Positions 45,301 through 53,734 of a DNA stretch of 64,000 bases are shown piece after piece. A model generated the notes under the pieces. The model ran no database searches, was not told the DNA's origin, and was given only the letters and a program-made list of their open reading frames with translations. Each line of letters begins with the position of its first letter. Position 1 is the first letter of the stretch. The stretch is from Schmidtea nova. Taxonomy: Eukaryota. Position numbers and translations under genes: made by a program. The stretch is from the NCBI GenBank assembly GCA_044892505.1, contig CM097883.1, positions 119,102,001-119,166,000 of the forward strand, given 5' to 3'.

Positions 45301-48300
45301 CCCGCCCTTAATGTCAAGGCTATTTTAAGGACATTTTGAGGTCAAAATTTAAGGGCATGTCGTTTTAATTTTAAAAAACTAGGTCAAATTTGATTTAAGG
45401 TCACCATAAGGACAAAGTGGTGTTAATAACCAAAAATATTTGCTGAGGTCATCATAAGGACAAAGTGGTGTTAAAAACCAAAAAGATTTACAAGATTTAA
45501 AAACCGATTTAAAACCGAATAAATTTCTTAAGTAGTCATTATTTACAAGTAGACTTTTATACACAGAAATTAATTCTCTAAAAGATAGTTTGAATTTAGT
45601 TTTTTCTCTACTAAACGCCTGATTTTTTGGAAATATATTTAGATTATTTTCTATGTAATATAGTATTTACTACAAGAAACCTTAAATTTATTTTCCCTCA
45701 TGTTTTATTTGTAAATTGTATAAGAACAAATCGCCAAATAAAAACTCCAACAGGTCTTTATACTAAGCATTGTTAACCATTAAAAATAAATATCACAGGT
45801 CACTATATAAAAGAAAACAAATGATCATACTAAACTTTTATTAAAATATATAATAAAAATCTTAAGTACATCTAGCACTATCGATTCTCTATACCGGTGA
45901 GGTTATATCCTTGTTGTCCATTTATAACCTTGAATTGAAACCATAATTCATTATCTTTGAAATCAATTGAATATAGATTTTTATTGATTTTCGATAAAAC
46001 TTTGTTTACTGCAATAAAATCTTTATTTAGATGTCCGATTAAATTTGCATATAATGATTTTGTTAGATTGACCGGATAAGAGAATCTGAATGGTATTTCA
46101 TCTGCCAAGAAATATATTTTATAGTCGTAGTACATTTGAACTGGTTTCACATCATTTTATTGACTTTAACATTCGTATCCTTTTTCAGTTGAGATGGCTT
46201 CATTGAGTTAATTGTTTCTTCAGTGTTAATAAGGCTGGTTTCTTTAAATACATTCGAGAATGTTCCAAAAACTGATTTATTTGAAATTATGAAATTGTCT
46301 TGTTTCGTCTTTGTATTTATAAGGTCAAAAATGTAGATGTCACCAATCAAATTCATGCATCTGTACTGCATATATTATGCATATGATTGTGCATCATGAT
46401 TCATTACCTACATATGTGTGAGCAGTAGATAACCTCTGTGACCTGTATGTGTGTATGATTCATTTTAGGTATTTGTCATGCATTCGTTTCGCATTTGTAT
46501 AAAATATTTCCAATAATTAAATCAATATAAATTATAATTAAAAACACTGTTTAAACGATTTAATTTAATAAATGCTCAACAAATAAAAAAAGATTTTCTA
46601 TAATATAAAAAAAAAGACAAATACCAAATAAATACTTATTACAGATCAACATTGTATTATCTGCATCATACATAATAATAATAATAAAAATTAAAAGTCA
46701 AAAATAATTTAAACATTTGTCAAAATAATACACTCGTTACTATATGAAAATGAAAACACCGAACTTATATAAATCACAAATGTAATAAAAAAACAAAGAC
46801 AAATACAAAGTAAATATTTATTACATATCAACAATAGATGCACCATGGAATTTTTCCAATTCCTTTCTTAGAAGCCATGTATAATATTTCTTCATACGCT
46901 TAATGTAGCATTCGCATCGATATGCACAAATGCTTGCTTTATTTACAATTGGGAGATCCTCGTCTACCGTCCTGAGATGCTCAATCAATATCGTAATGAT
47001 ATCAATACCAGTTATTGCACGGATCTTGAAAGGAAACATTTCCGGTGCGCAGTAAACGAGTTCCATCAACAGTCTAGGGTAAAACTCTTCCATCTTTCCG
47101 ATGAGAATAGACATTAATTTATTTAGAAACAAATAAAAAGTAAAAATAGAATATAAAATAATCTAAGTTTACCATTAATTGAGAACAAAGACATTTTTTG
47201 ATAAATACCGGAAAAATCTGTTGGTATTTATACTAGTTTATTTAAACACACTCATACAATCAACCAATCAGAATCGTGCATTTGTATTGCACATGTTATG
47301 CATTCATGGATATTAAAAAATCCAAAAAATCTTTATCTTCGATTATCAATTTTATTTCGCCAATAATTTGATTGGTGGTATCTTGATAATCTATATTTTT
47401 TATCCCAAGTAAAACGATTTTACCGCTAGGAAATATGTTTACGCACATTGGGTTATATTTAATAAATCTCAAAGCCGGAAATATTTCAGGTTCGTAAACC
47501 CATTCTGTTATCTTGGATAATTCATCTAAATTGATATGAGTTCCAATATCTGCGGTTACTGTGATTGGATGAATTTGCAAATCATGTATTTTGTATTGTA
47601 AATCTTGTACATTGATGGGTTTCTTACATTCCATTATTCGGCACTTACCGGTCTTAAAAAGTATTATAGGATATTTTCCGCTTCTATCAACAATTTTTTG
47701 TGGCTTTCCCTGTGGAAATTGTAAATGAGATACTGAACATTTTCCTTTGTAGTTTATGTTGCTTACCATTATTTTAAAGAATAATTTCTTAACTGTATTG
47801 ATGAAGAGTTGGAAAAAGATGGTGAATTTCAATCATTCTTCATTTCAAACTCTGCAAGATAAATGAGTGATACCTTTTTAGATCATGGTATCATTCTTTT
47901 AAATGAAATAATATCTTTAATTAATGAAAATGGAAGTAATTGGGCTATTAACAAAGGTAATGAAATCCATTTTGTTTTAACTAAATTTGTCCAAATTAAT
48001 AGATTAAGTGGCAGAGGTCATATAAATACCCCAAATTCTTTATTACCAAAACATTGCACAGTAAATGTAATAAACTCAGATAATTTATGTTTCATATGAA
48101 CCAAACAGTGATATCATCTGAGGGCCCAGCTAATCAAACATAATCAATCACACATACATACATAATACAATATAGAATAAGGGTTAAGGAAATCAAATAT
48201 CTCATTTTAATTACATCACAGTCGGGTTTATTTTAAAATTTTCCGCGTTCTTTTGAACAAACAACTAGATCTCAACAAATAACAAGGCTTATTTCATTTA

Positions 48301-50365
48301 TAACACAATCACAAAACCAATCGTTAATGATATTTAATAAATATAGGTGAGTCTTCCAATGGTGAACTACTCGATGATGCTTTAGGAAAGAACATTACTA
48401 TTCTTTATTATTATTACTTTGAAAACATTATGGCTTCATTTCTTTCTCGGTTCCTTCTTCTACCTCTGACTTTGTCCTCGGTTTTTTTCTCGAACTCTAA
48501 ATTTTCTTCAGATGCTGGCCGTATTTTGTCTCTTTAAAGTATTTTTCACCATACTTAATTATTGACTAGATCGTGGTTTCCGAGAACTGTAATTATTAAA
48601 CATATTCTAATTATACAACTGAGCCTTAATTTGGCAGCTCTCTGCTGTGCCTGTTACAATCGACAATCCCATTTCTTTTAGAGATTTATTGTTGATTTTT
48701 TTTGCATAGTTAATTAATTTTCATTTTTAAATACCATTACCTGACTATCCATCAAAATTTAATTGTTATCTTCATCTTTAACTTTTAATTTGCTCATACA
48801 TTTTCCCCTCAAAATACTGATTTTTAATTTTAGTAATAAGAAAAGATTACATTGCATCTAGAGACTTTGATTTAATTTGAGGTGTGTCCATAATTAGATT
48901 TTCCTTCGGAGGAGAGATAGGCTTTTTTAATTCTTCCAGGGAAATAATCAATATCAGAATTGATTGTGCAAATTTCGTTATATTACAATCTGCCACTGAG
49001 TCTATCATCTTATTTCTCACAAAATTAGTAAATGACTTCCTTATCGCGAATGTTTGGTTTGTTCTTGATTGAATTGATAACCTTTCGCGAGTAGTTATCA
49101 GCTTATTGCATTGGCTTATTGCATTGCATGAATTGGTTCTCTTTTCTATGTTTTTGTTACCATTATTGCTGACGCTGAAAGCAATGTCTTTGTATTTATC
49201 AGAATTTTGACGGTTTGTTTGCTAAATTCATCATTGCAAGAATAACAGTTAATTGTTGCATTACCAGAATGCACGGTGACTTGATTAATTCGCAATAATA
49301 AGTTGCAGGATGAGCAGACTAAAGCAGCCATGATTTTTTGAAGAAAAAATGCATTTCTGTTTTTATGATTATTTAAACAAAGTTAAAAAAAAATTATTTA
49401 ATTTAATAATACATTAATATTTGAATTAGTTTTTGTCCTAATTTAAATAAACTTTGCATTAAATTTTGAATTTTTATTTGTGCATTTTTGTGTAACCCCA
49501 AAATACATAAAATTCTATACCAGGATTTTTTTCATTTCGTTCATTCACAAAAATTCATTTTTGTAAATGAAATCTTTTTTGATATATAGCTTTAAAATGA
49601 AAATAAATTATACTTAAATCTAAAAAAAGACCAAAGGTAACGAAAATTTAAAATGTTAATAATTGTAATAATATTAATTATTCCCATAATGGTAAGACTA
49701 TAAATCAAATTTTTTTTAAACAAGTACACAATATTTCGGCACAGCCTTTATCAAGTGTGTATTTCAATCGTTATAGTAACTTAATCTTAAATACTAACCT
49801 TAATTATTTTAGATTAAGTTAATATAACGATTGAAATAACACACTTTATAAAGGTGCCGAAATATTGTACTTGTTTAAAAAAATTCTTACCATTATGGGA
49901 ATTATTGATATTAATACTGAAAAAAAGAACAAAAGTGAAACAAAAAGATAACTATGATAAAAATTGTAATAATATTTAAATACTCTGGGCTGATTTCACC
50001 CTGAAAATCTGAACAAAATATAAGTTGAGTACGTCACAGTATAATTTAATAAAACATTGTACATTTTGATTATAAAAATATTGATTATATTATTAATAAT
50101 AATGTAGGTGGATGATATTTGGACGAAAAATGCTACAAATACTGCAAATTCGATTTGCCAACACATTGTTGGTTTAGATCCAGTAAAGGTTGGTGATTCG
50201 GAAATTGACCAACCTAAAGAATCAATTGACAATGAAGACACACTAATTTATCAACGGTTTCTTCACGACGAAGATGTCAAAATAATCGATCTTTTAGAAG
50301 AAAACAGTTTAATCATTGAGGATTTTACACGATTTAATTGCGGGGAATTAGCTACATTTTCCTAA
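27338..50365 (+). CDS. TSFM: Mitochondrial translation elongation factor Ts; predicted join(27338..27751,27800..28090,50108..50365), 320 aa
   Basis: LSKLRKISGFSISKCKEAL, ELNCETDFVARN, LGENMLFRRA and C-terminal ICQHIVGLDP..EDTLIYQRFLHD..IIEDFTRFNCGE. Both introns are GT-AG and phase 0 (48 nt and 22,017 nt). Confidence 0.9.
28619..29545 (-). mobile_element. Internally deleted mariner (DD34D-type) element
   Basis: TIR TTTGG(T/C)GTGTCTGAAAAGTAAT with TA TSDs at 28617-18 and 29546-47. HTH region (PSRATVFRWCKDF) is joined out of frame to HDNARPH...YSPDLNQCDRWLF. The WVPHEL and first-Asp region is missing. Confidence 0.92.
30123..30470. repeat. 120-bp tandem repeat, about 2.9 copies
   Basis: AAATGGGAAGTTTCTGCAACTCG starts at 30123, 30243 and 30363 with near-perfect identity. 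Confidence 0.95.
30675..31367. mobile_element. Foldback-type non-autonomous element whose inverted arms are 15-bp tandem arrays
   Basis: Nine copies of GA(C/T)GAAATTACAC(A/G)(A/G) at 30675-30807. About 7 inverted copies at 31262-31367. Both arms end in the same TAAAAAATAGTAA segment. AT-rich core. Confidence 0.85.
31615..31680 (+). mobile_element. Buster-type hAT terminus
   Basis: CATGGGTATTCAACT...AAGGGCCA...GGGCCG resembles the TIR at 38631. The flanking 8-mer TTATAGAT has a central TA. Confidence 0.55.
32780..36138 (-). mobile_element. hAT transposon, ZMYM1/DUF4371-type transposase, frameshifted
   Basis: TIR CAG(CG/GC)CCGGCTC. Perfect 8-bp TSD CGTGGCAC at 32772-79 and 36139-46. ORFs 34781-35500 (TTF-type Zn finger, CVFCSCCKLF), 34014-34823 (ILDCTPDISH, LRGQGYGNGANMRG) and 32975-34030 (LSDTRWESR; PVSVASGERSFSRLKLIK..LRSSISQERL). 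Confidence 0.95.
36500..38631 (-). mobile_element. Buster/Charlie/SPIN-type hAT transposon (GTF2IRD2-like transposase), frameshifted
   Basis: Terminus CAGGGATATTCAACTGGCGGCCCGCGGGCC at 38631. ORFs carry RVFHDSWTDNFLF..PVCLLC..MKRHFETKH, TTDGAPAMIG, IHCIIHQ, HNDVRWLSKGRVL, AFLCDIFGHLNDLNTKLQG and FASTYVCESSF. Confidence 0.92.
38632..42963 (+). mobile_element. 5'-truncated, decayed Ty3/gypsy element
   Basis: Gag with four CCHC-type knuckles (CWNCQEVGHMSREC, CFQCGKEEHKSREC and others). Protease CLLDTGARMNVM, RT MPFGIAAAPATFQKLM..YLDDIL, RNase H, integrase (AIDFCGP, NTNGLIER). PPT AAGGGGGA. 3' LTR 42734-42963 (TGTTA...TAACA). Confidence 0.93.
43077..43111 (-). ncRNA. Minimal hammerhead motif in a PLE-end fragment (about 43020-43112)
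   Basis: Core, stem II and stem III identical to the 17398 copy. Flanked by (ATT)n tracts. Confidence 0.6.
43130..45272 (+). pseudogene. Heavily decayed Ty3/gypsy pol (PR-RT-RNase H)
   Basis: Remnants include KLRPYRIPY, VVVKKKDD, FGLIGAP, RLIEANLKVKLSK and EKETLALVHGITTFRQ, with many stops. Interrupted at 44510 and ends at 45272. Confidence 0.8.
44510..44820 (+). mobile_element. hAT (Charlie-like) MITE with a truncated right end
   Basis: Starts CAGCGTTTCCCAAAGTGTGTTCCGCGGAACCC and has recurring GGGTTCCG subterminal motifs. The right TIR and TSD are absent. Confidence 0.75.
45878..46150 (-). CDS. Small hypothetical protein in the Maverick-like segment
   Basis: Open frame of 90 codons with a GTG start; the first ATG is at MYYDYK. 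AATAAA lies downstream. No recognised domain. Confidence 0.35.
   Translation of the reverse strand: MKPVQMYYDYKIYFLADEIPFRFSYPVNLTKSLYANLIGHLNKDFIAVNKVLSKINKNLYSIDFKDNELWFQFKVINGQQGYNLTGIENR
46147..46371 (-). CDS. Small hypothetical protein (74 aa)
   Basis: ATG-started frame whose stop overlaps the next frame. No recognised domain. Confidence 0.3.
   Translation of the reverse strand: MQYRCMNLIGDIYIFDLINTKTKQDNFIISNKSVFGTFSNVFKETSLINTEETINSMKPSQLKKDTNVKVNKMM
46821..47132 (-). CDS. Small hypothetical protein (about 100 aa)
   Basis: Upstream CCAAT (CTGATTGG) and TATAAATA. The stop overlaps a poly(A) signal (TAATAAA). No recognised domain. Confidence 0.4.
   Translation of the reverse strand: MFLNKLMSILIGKMEEFYPRLLMELVYCAPEMFPFKIRAITGIDIITILIEHLRTVDEDLPIVNKASICAYRCECYIKRMKKYYTWLLRKELEKFHGASIVDM
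47296..47769 (-). CDS. Divergent minimal TATA-binding-protein-like protein (157 aa from the first ATG)
   Basis: INLDEL..VYEPEIFPALRF..PMCVNIFPSGKIVLLG matches TBP repeat 2 (YEPELFPGLIYR..IVLLIFVSGKVVLTG). IILFKTGKCRIM matches repeat 1 (ALIFSSGKMVCT). Confidence 0.8.
   Translation of the reverse strand: MVSNINYKGKCSVSHLQFPQGKPQKIVDRSGKYPIILFKTGKCRIMECKKPINVQDLQYKIHDLQIHPITVTADIGTHINLDELSKITEWVYEPEIFPALRFIKYNPMCVNIFPSGKIVLLGIKNIDYQDTTNQIIGEIKLIIEDKDFLDFLISMNA
47785..48099 (+). pseudogene. Remnant of the N-terminal domain seen in invertebrate Polinton-type pPolB/endonuclease proteins
   Basis: ENGSNW..IHFVL..RLSGRGHINTP..KHCTVNVINSDNLCFI* fits my recalled pattern GSGW...GSSYI.LP..K.AIINV.N.D..CF.W. 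The stop falls at the Trp position. Confidence 0.55.
49670..49915. repeat. Long inverted repeat of PLE ends with a hammerhead motif in each arm
   Basis: TTCCCATAATGGTAAGA (49681) pairs with TCTTACCATTATGGGAA (about 49885-49901). Hammerhead motif at 49726-49760 (-) and a degenerate copy at 49839-49868 (+). Confidence 0.85.
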
Positions 50366-50389
50366 AAGTTAATAGAGCTAATTTGTTAT

Positions 50390-51244
50390 TTAATAAATTT
50401 GTATTTCTTCGTTGTCAGTTGCTGTATAATAACTTTGTGATGATAAATCATTTCGTTTGAAAGGATTTTTTATTGAAATTTCTTTCTTCGAATGTTTTTT
50501 AGGATATAAGTTGGTTTTTACACTTAACCATAATCTTTTTATAAAATTTTGTTTCTCATTTTTGAAGTTGAGTGATACGTGATTCAAACTTAGATTTGAA
50601 GATGTTGACTGGCTGGTCAATGATCTTGCACTCTTATTGCTAACACTATTATTGTAAGAAAATCCGTTGAAGCACGAACTTACAATTGTTGTCGTACTAG
50701 ATTGAGAGCTTTCTATTTTATTTTCACTATTTAAATTTTTAGAATTTAATTCCGAAGTTTTGAATCCAAACATAGTATCCTTAACTCTTAGCATTAATTC
50801 CAAACATTCAATCATTTTTTCCAATTCTTTTTTGTGATGTATTATTCTATACTCTAAAATGATACAATCACTTTCCATCTCGCTAAAAGATTTATTTTTG
50901 AAACTTTGAAAATCAAAATTGAATGATGAATTAAACATATTGTCCTCATGAGCATTACTATTTTCATCTTTTTGAATTATATAGACGTTTTTATGTAAAT
51001 GCCTTTTAATTTTGGATTTAACATGTTTTTTATTATCAACTACTTTAAAGTCGTTTTTTGAATACTTTTCGACAGAATTACATAATTCTTTATTGTAGGT
51101 CTTATTTAACTTATGAATTTTCTGGGTCATAATATTGCTATGAATATATTCAGAACTAGGATGTATAATTTCATAAATACAATGATGCTCTTTGCGCTCT
51201 AAATGTTCTTTGAAATTCAAAAATTTACATTGTTTACCAATCAT
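50390..51244 (-). CDS. Intronless orphan protein, 284 aa, K/N/S-rich
   Basis: ATG-to-stop 855-nt frame in about 75% AT DNA, with an AT-rich promoter-like region upstream. No recognisable domain. Confidence 0.55.
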   Translation of the reverse strand: MIGKQCKFLNFKEHLERKEHHCIYEIIHPSSEYIHSNIMTQKIHKLNKTYNKELCNSVEKYSKNDFKVVDNKKHVKSKIKRHLHKNVYIIQKDENSNAHEDNMFNSSFNFDFQSFKNKSFSEMESDCIILEYRIIHHKKELEKMIECLELMLRVKDTMFGFKTSELNSKNLNSENKIESSQSSTTTIVSSCFNGFSYNNSVSNKSARSLTSQSTSSNLSLNHVSLNFKNEKQNFIKRLWLSVKTNLYPKKHSKKEISIKNPFKRNDLSSQSYYTATDNEEIQIY

Positions 51245-51532
51245 AATATTACTTTAAACAAAAACTCTAATATACAAAATAATTTTATTAATTTATAATG
51301 AAAATAATATAGTAAATTAATGTTATGTTAACATTATTATTATAAAAATTTTAACATATACAATCTATTATATTACAACAAATATGATTAATCTGTTTGT
51401 CGATCATCAAATTGTAAGAACTGTTATTAATTAAAATGTTAAACCTCGTCTAAATACACCATTACCGCTTTTTTATTTAGATCTTTTTATACTTGTCATT
51501 AATTCTTGAAAATCTATATATAGTAACATATT

Positions 51533-51840
51533 AGTTATCGCGCAGGGGGGGGTTCGAAAAAAAATTTGAAAAATTTTTTGTTTATATGAGTCATGTGTCT
51601 TTGTCTAGAAGGGGGGGTTTGTAAAAAAAATTTCTTTGTTAAACGGACATAGAAAAATTTCGATGTGTGTATCATGCAGATGTCCGCCATCTTGAATGAC
51701 CTTGATGAGTCATTGTCTTTGTTTCGAAATTTGAAATTTAAAAATCCCACTAAAATTCCTTGGTTTCCTCGGCAATTACCTCAATCGGATAAAAAACATG
51801 ACTTTTGGGTGGATGTAATTATCTGCAAAGATGAGTCATA
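51533..51840. promoter_or_regulatory. Second AP-1-containing G-rich terminal-like segment related to 426-656
   Basis: TGAGTCA at 51587, 51706 and 51832. Shares GTCATTGTCTTTGTTT with 614-630. Contains G-runs and CCGCCATCTT. Confidence 0.45.
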
Positions 51841-51849
51841 GTGGGCTCA

Positions 51850-52308
51850 CTTCTACTTACTAACGCCGTATTGAAGATATGTCAAAGGATGTCAATCTGC
51901 AAGTTAAAGAACATCTGTTTAATTGTGATATCATTAGCTAAATTTTCGCTTGAATTAATAGATTTTAAAAGCTCAAGTATTTGACAAGAAAAATTTAAAG
52001 AATTAAGAGCAGAACTTGAGAAAACTGAACAAATATTTTCTCAAGGAAAAAATTGACGCTGGAAAACTCAGATGCATGTATCAAATTGAAACTAACAAAA
52101 TACCAACCTGATTTAGAAAAATTGTACAAAGAGTTTCAACATCAAGAAAGTTATTAATCATTAATATTTTAAACTTTTTTATAACATATTATGTAATTTT
52201 ATAACAAAAATTTAATAAAAAATAATAAGTCAATTTTTACTTAGTTACCCGATAGAGAAGCACAAATATTGTAATTTGCCTGCTCTTAAAAAAGGTTGTC
52301 TACCACTG
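51850..52308 (+). mobile_element. Decayed, internally deleted Buster-type hAT remnant
   Basis: RRIEDMSKDVNLQVKEHL fragment. Right terminus GGTTGTCTACCACTG is followed by ATCTAAAG (central TA). The left end was not found. Confidence 0.55.
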
Positions 52309-53734
52309 ATCTAAAGAAAACTGCTTATTGCTTTATTAAATCAATCTTTTTAAAACGAACAATCTAAATATAAATACCGAAAAAAATTCATATTGTCGGC
52401 TTTTAAAATCATTGTGATTTGTTTCTCAGAGTACAATCTTGGAAGAAGTTAAAATCAAGTACAGAACAAAAATGCTTTATATAATTTTTTCGCAATTATT
52501 ACACAAACACACAACGTAACAAATAAGAAATAAATACATAATACGCCTCTATTGAAATAATTGTGAAATATTGGATAACGTTTTGTAAAAATCAAATTTT
52601 CGAAACCATTGTATTCGGTTATTTTCGATTATTTATTAAAAGTATTAAGCAAAAGGGATTGTGCGTTGGGAGTATCTCAACACTGATACGAATTAACTTT
52701 AAATATGGTCGAATTTTTGATGGATTCTAAAGGTTTTTGAAGGTTCCCATCCGGCTGGTGATTCGTCTTAAATTAGCTATAATCTATTGTCTGGTTGGGA
52801 GAGAAATAAGTATAAGGATCTCGAAAACGGAGTTTCGATGGAACTTACTCGTCGTCTAAATAGTGGGGAAGTTAAATAAAATCTTAAAAAGATTCTACAA
52901 TATTTTATCGAGAAATACAGACAAAAATCTTTAGATTCGCTAAACTATCAAAAAAAATCAGAAAAGCGGAACGCTATTCAAATAGTTGAAAGATTGATTG
53001 GTGTAGATACTAGGATCAACGTAGACTTTAACTAATGTTATGTACTGTTATTGAAAAATATAAATCTATGATCAAATGGGAATTTGATATAATAGGTATC
53101 GTGAGCGAAAGACTTTCTATCGACAGCCAGGAACCCAAAAAGAAAATGTAGTGAACACTAGTTTTGATTAACAAAACTCACTTCTCATTGGTTATAGATA
53201 ATTCCTGGACAGTAGTTATGTGCATACATTTAGGACAGTTGTTTTTTCACAAAGGTGTCTAAGTGACAGTAACCCTAGTAACGGTAAAATTTGAAGATTC
53301 ATACAAGAACATAACCAACGAGCTTTTCATCCAGTCAATGACCTCGAGTATAAAATAGTTAGTAGTAATTCATAATTGATTGTGGGAATTTAATGAAATG
53401 AATTTATTGAGGTAACAATAAATGCTAATTATTTAGAAAAAAACACTTTAAAGATGATAATAAATTTAAATGCAGGTTACAATTGCAAAATGATGAAGTG
53501 CATATTCATGATTTTAACAATATTTACTTCAAGTTTATTAGAAATTAAATTAAAATTTTTAAAAACAATTTCATATATTCTTTTCTAAAAATGAAATGTT
53601 TTTTAGCAAAAACCGAAATTCCTAAAAAAGTCTGTTTTTATATTTATTTTGACGTTGATAAAATTGTTTAAATATTCCATATATATTAAATAATCATTTA
53701 AATTGAATTTTTATACCTAGAGAATTTATAGACA

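Larger units (their letters stand above)
45273..48100. mobile_element. Maverick/Polinton-like terminal fragment with small intronless ORFs
   Basis: Begins AGTAGT exactly where the Ty3 RNase H frame breaks. Subterminal 48-bp direct repeat with AGGTCA motifs. Packed small ORFs, a TBP-like gene and a pPolB-associated GSxW domain remnant. No integrase, capsid or polymerase core is present, so the assignment is an inference. Confidence 0.55.

Noticed and set aside
45273-51840. Idea that 45273 and 51533-51840 are the two ends of one Maverick
   Set aside because: They are not reverse complements, and TSFM exon 3 lies between them.
52660-53350. Decayed coding-like sequence upstream of TPR (also 8040-8500, 9190-9860, 23640-24250 and 48400-49330)
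   Set aside because: Too degenerate to assign to a family by eye.
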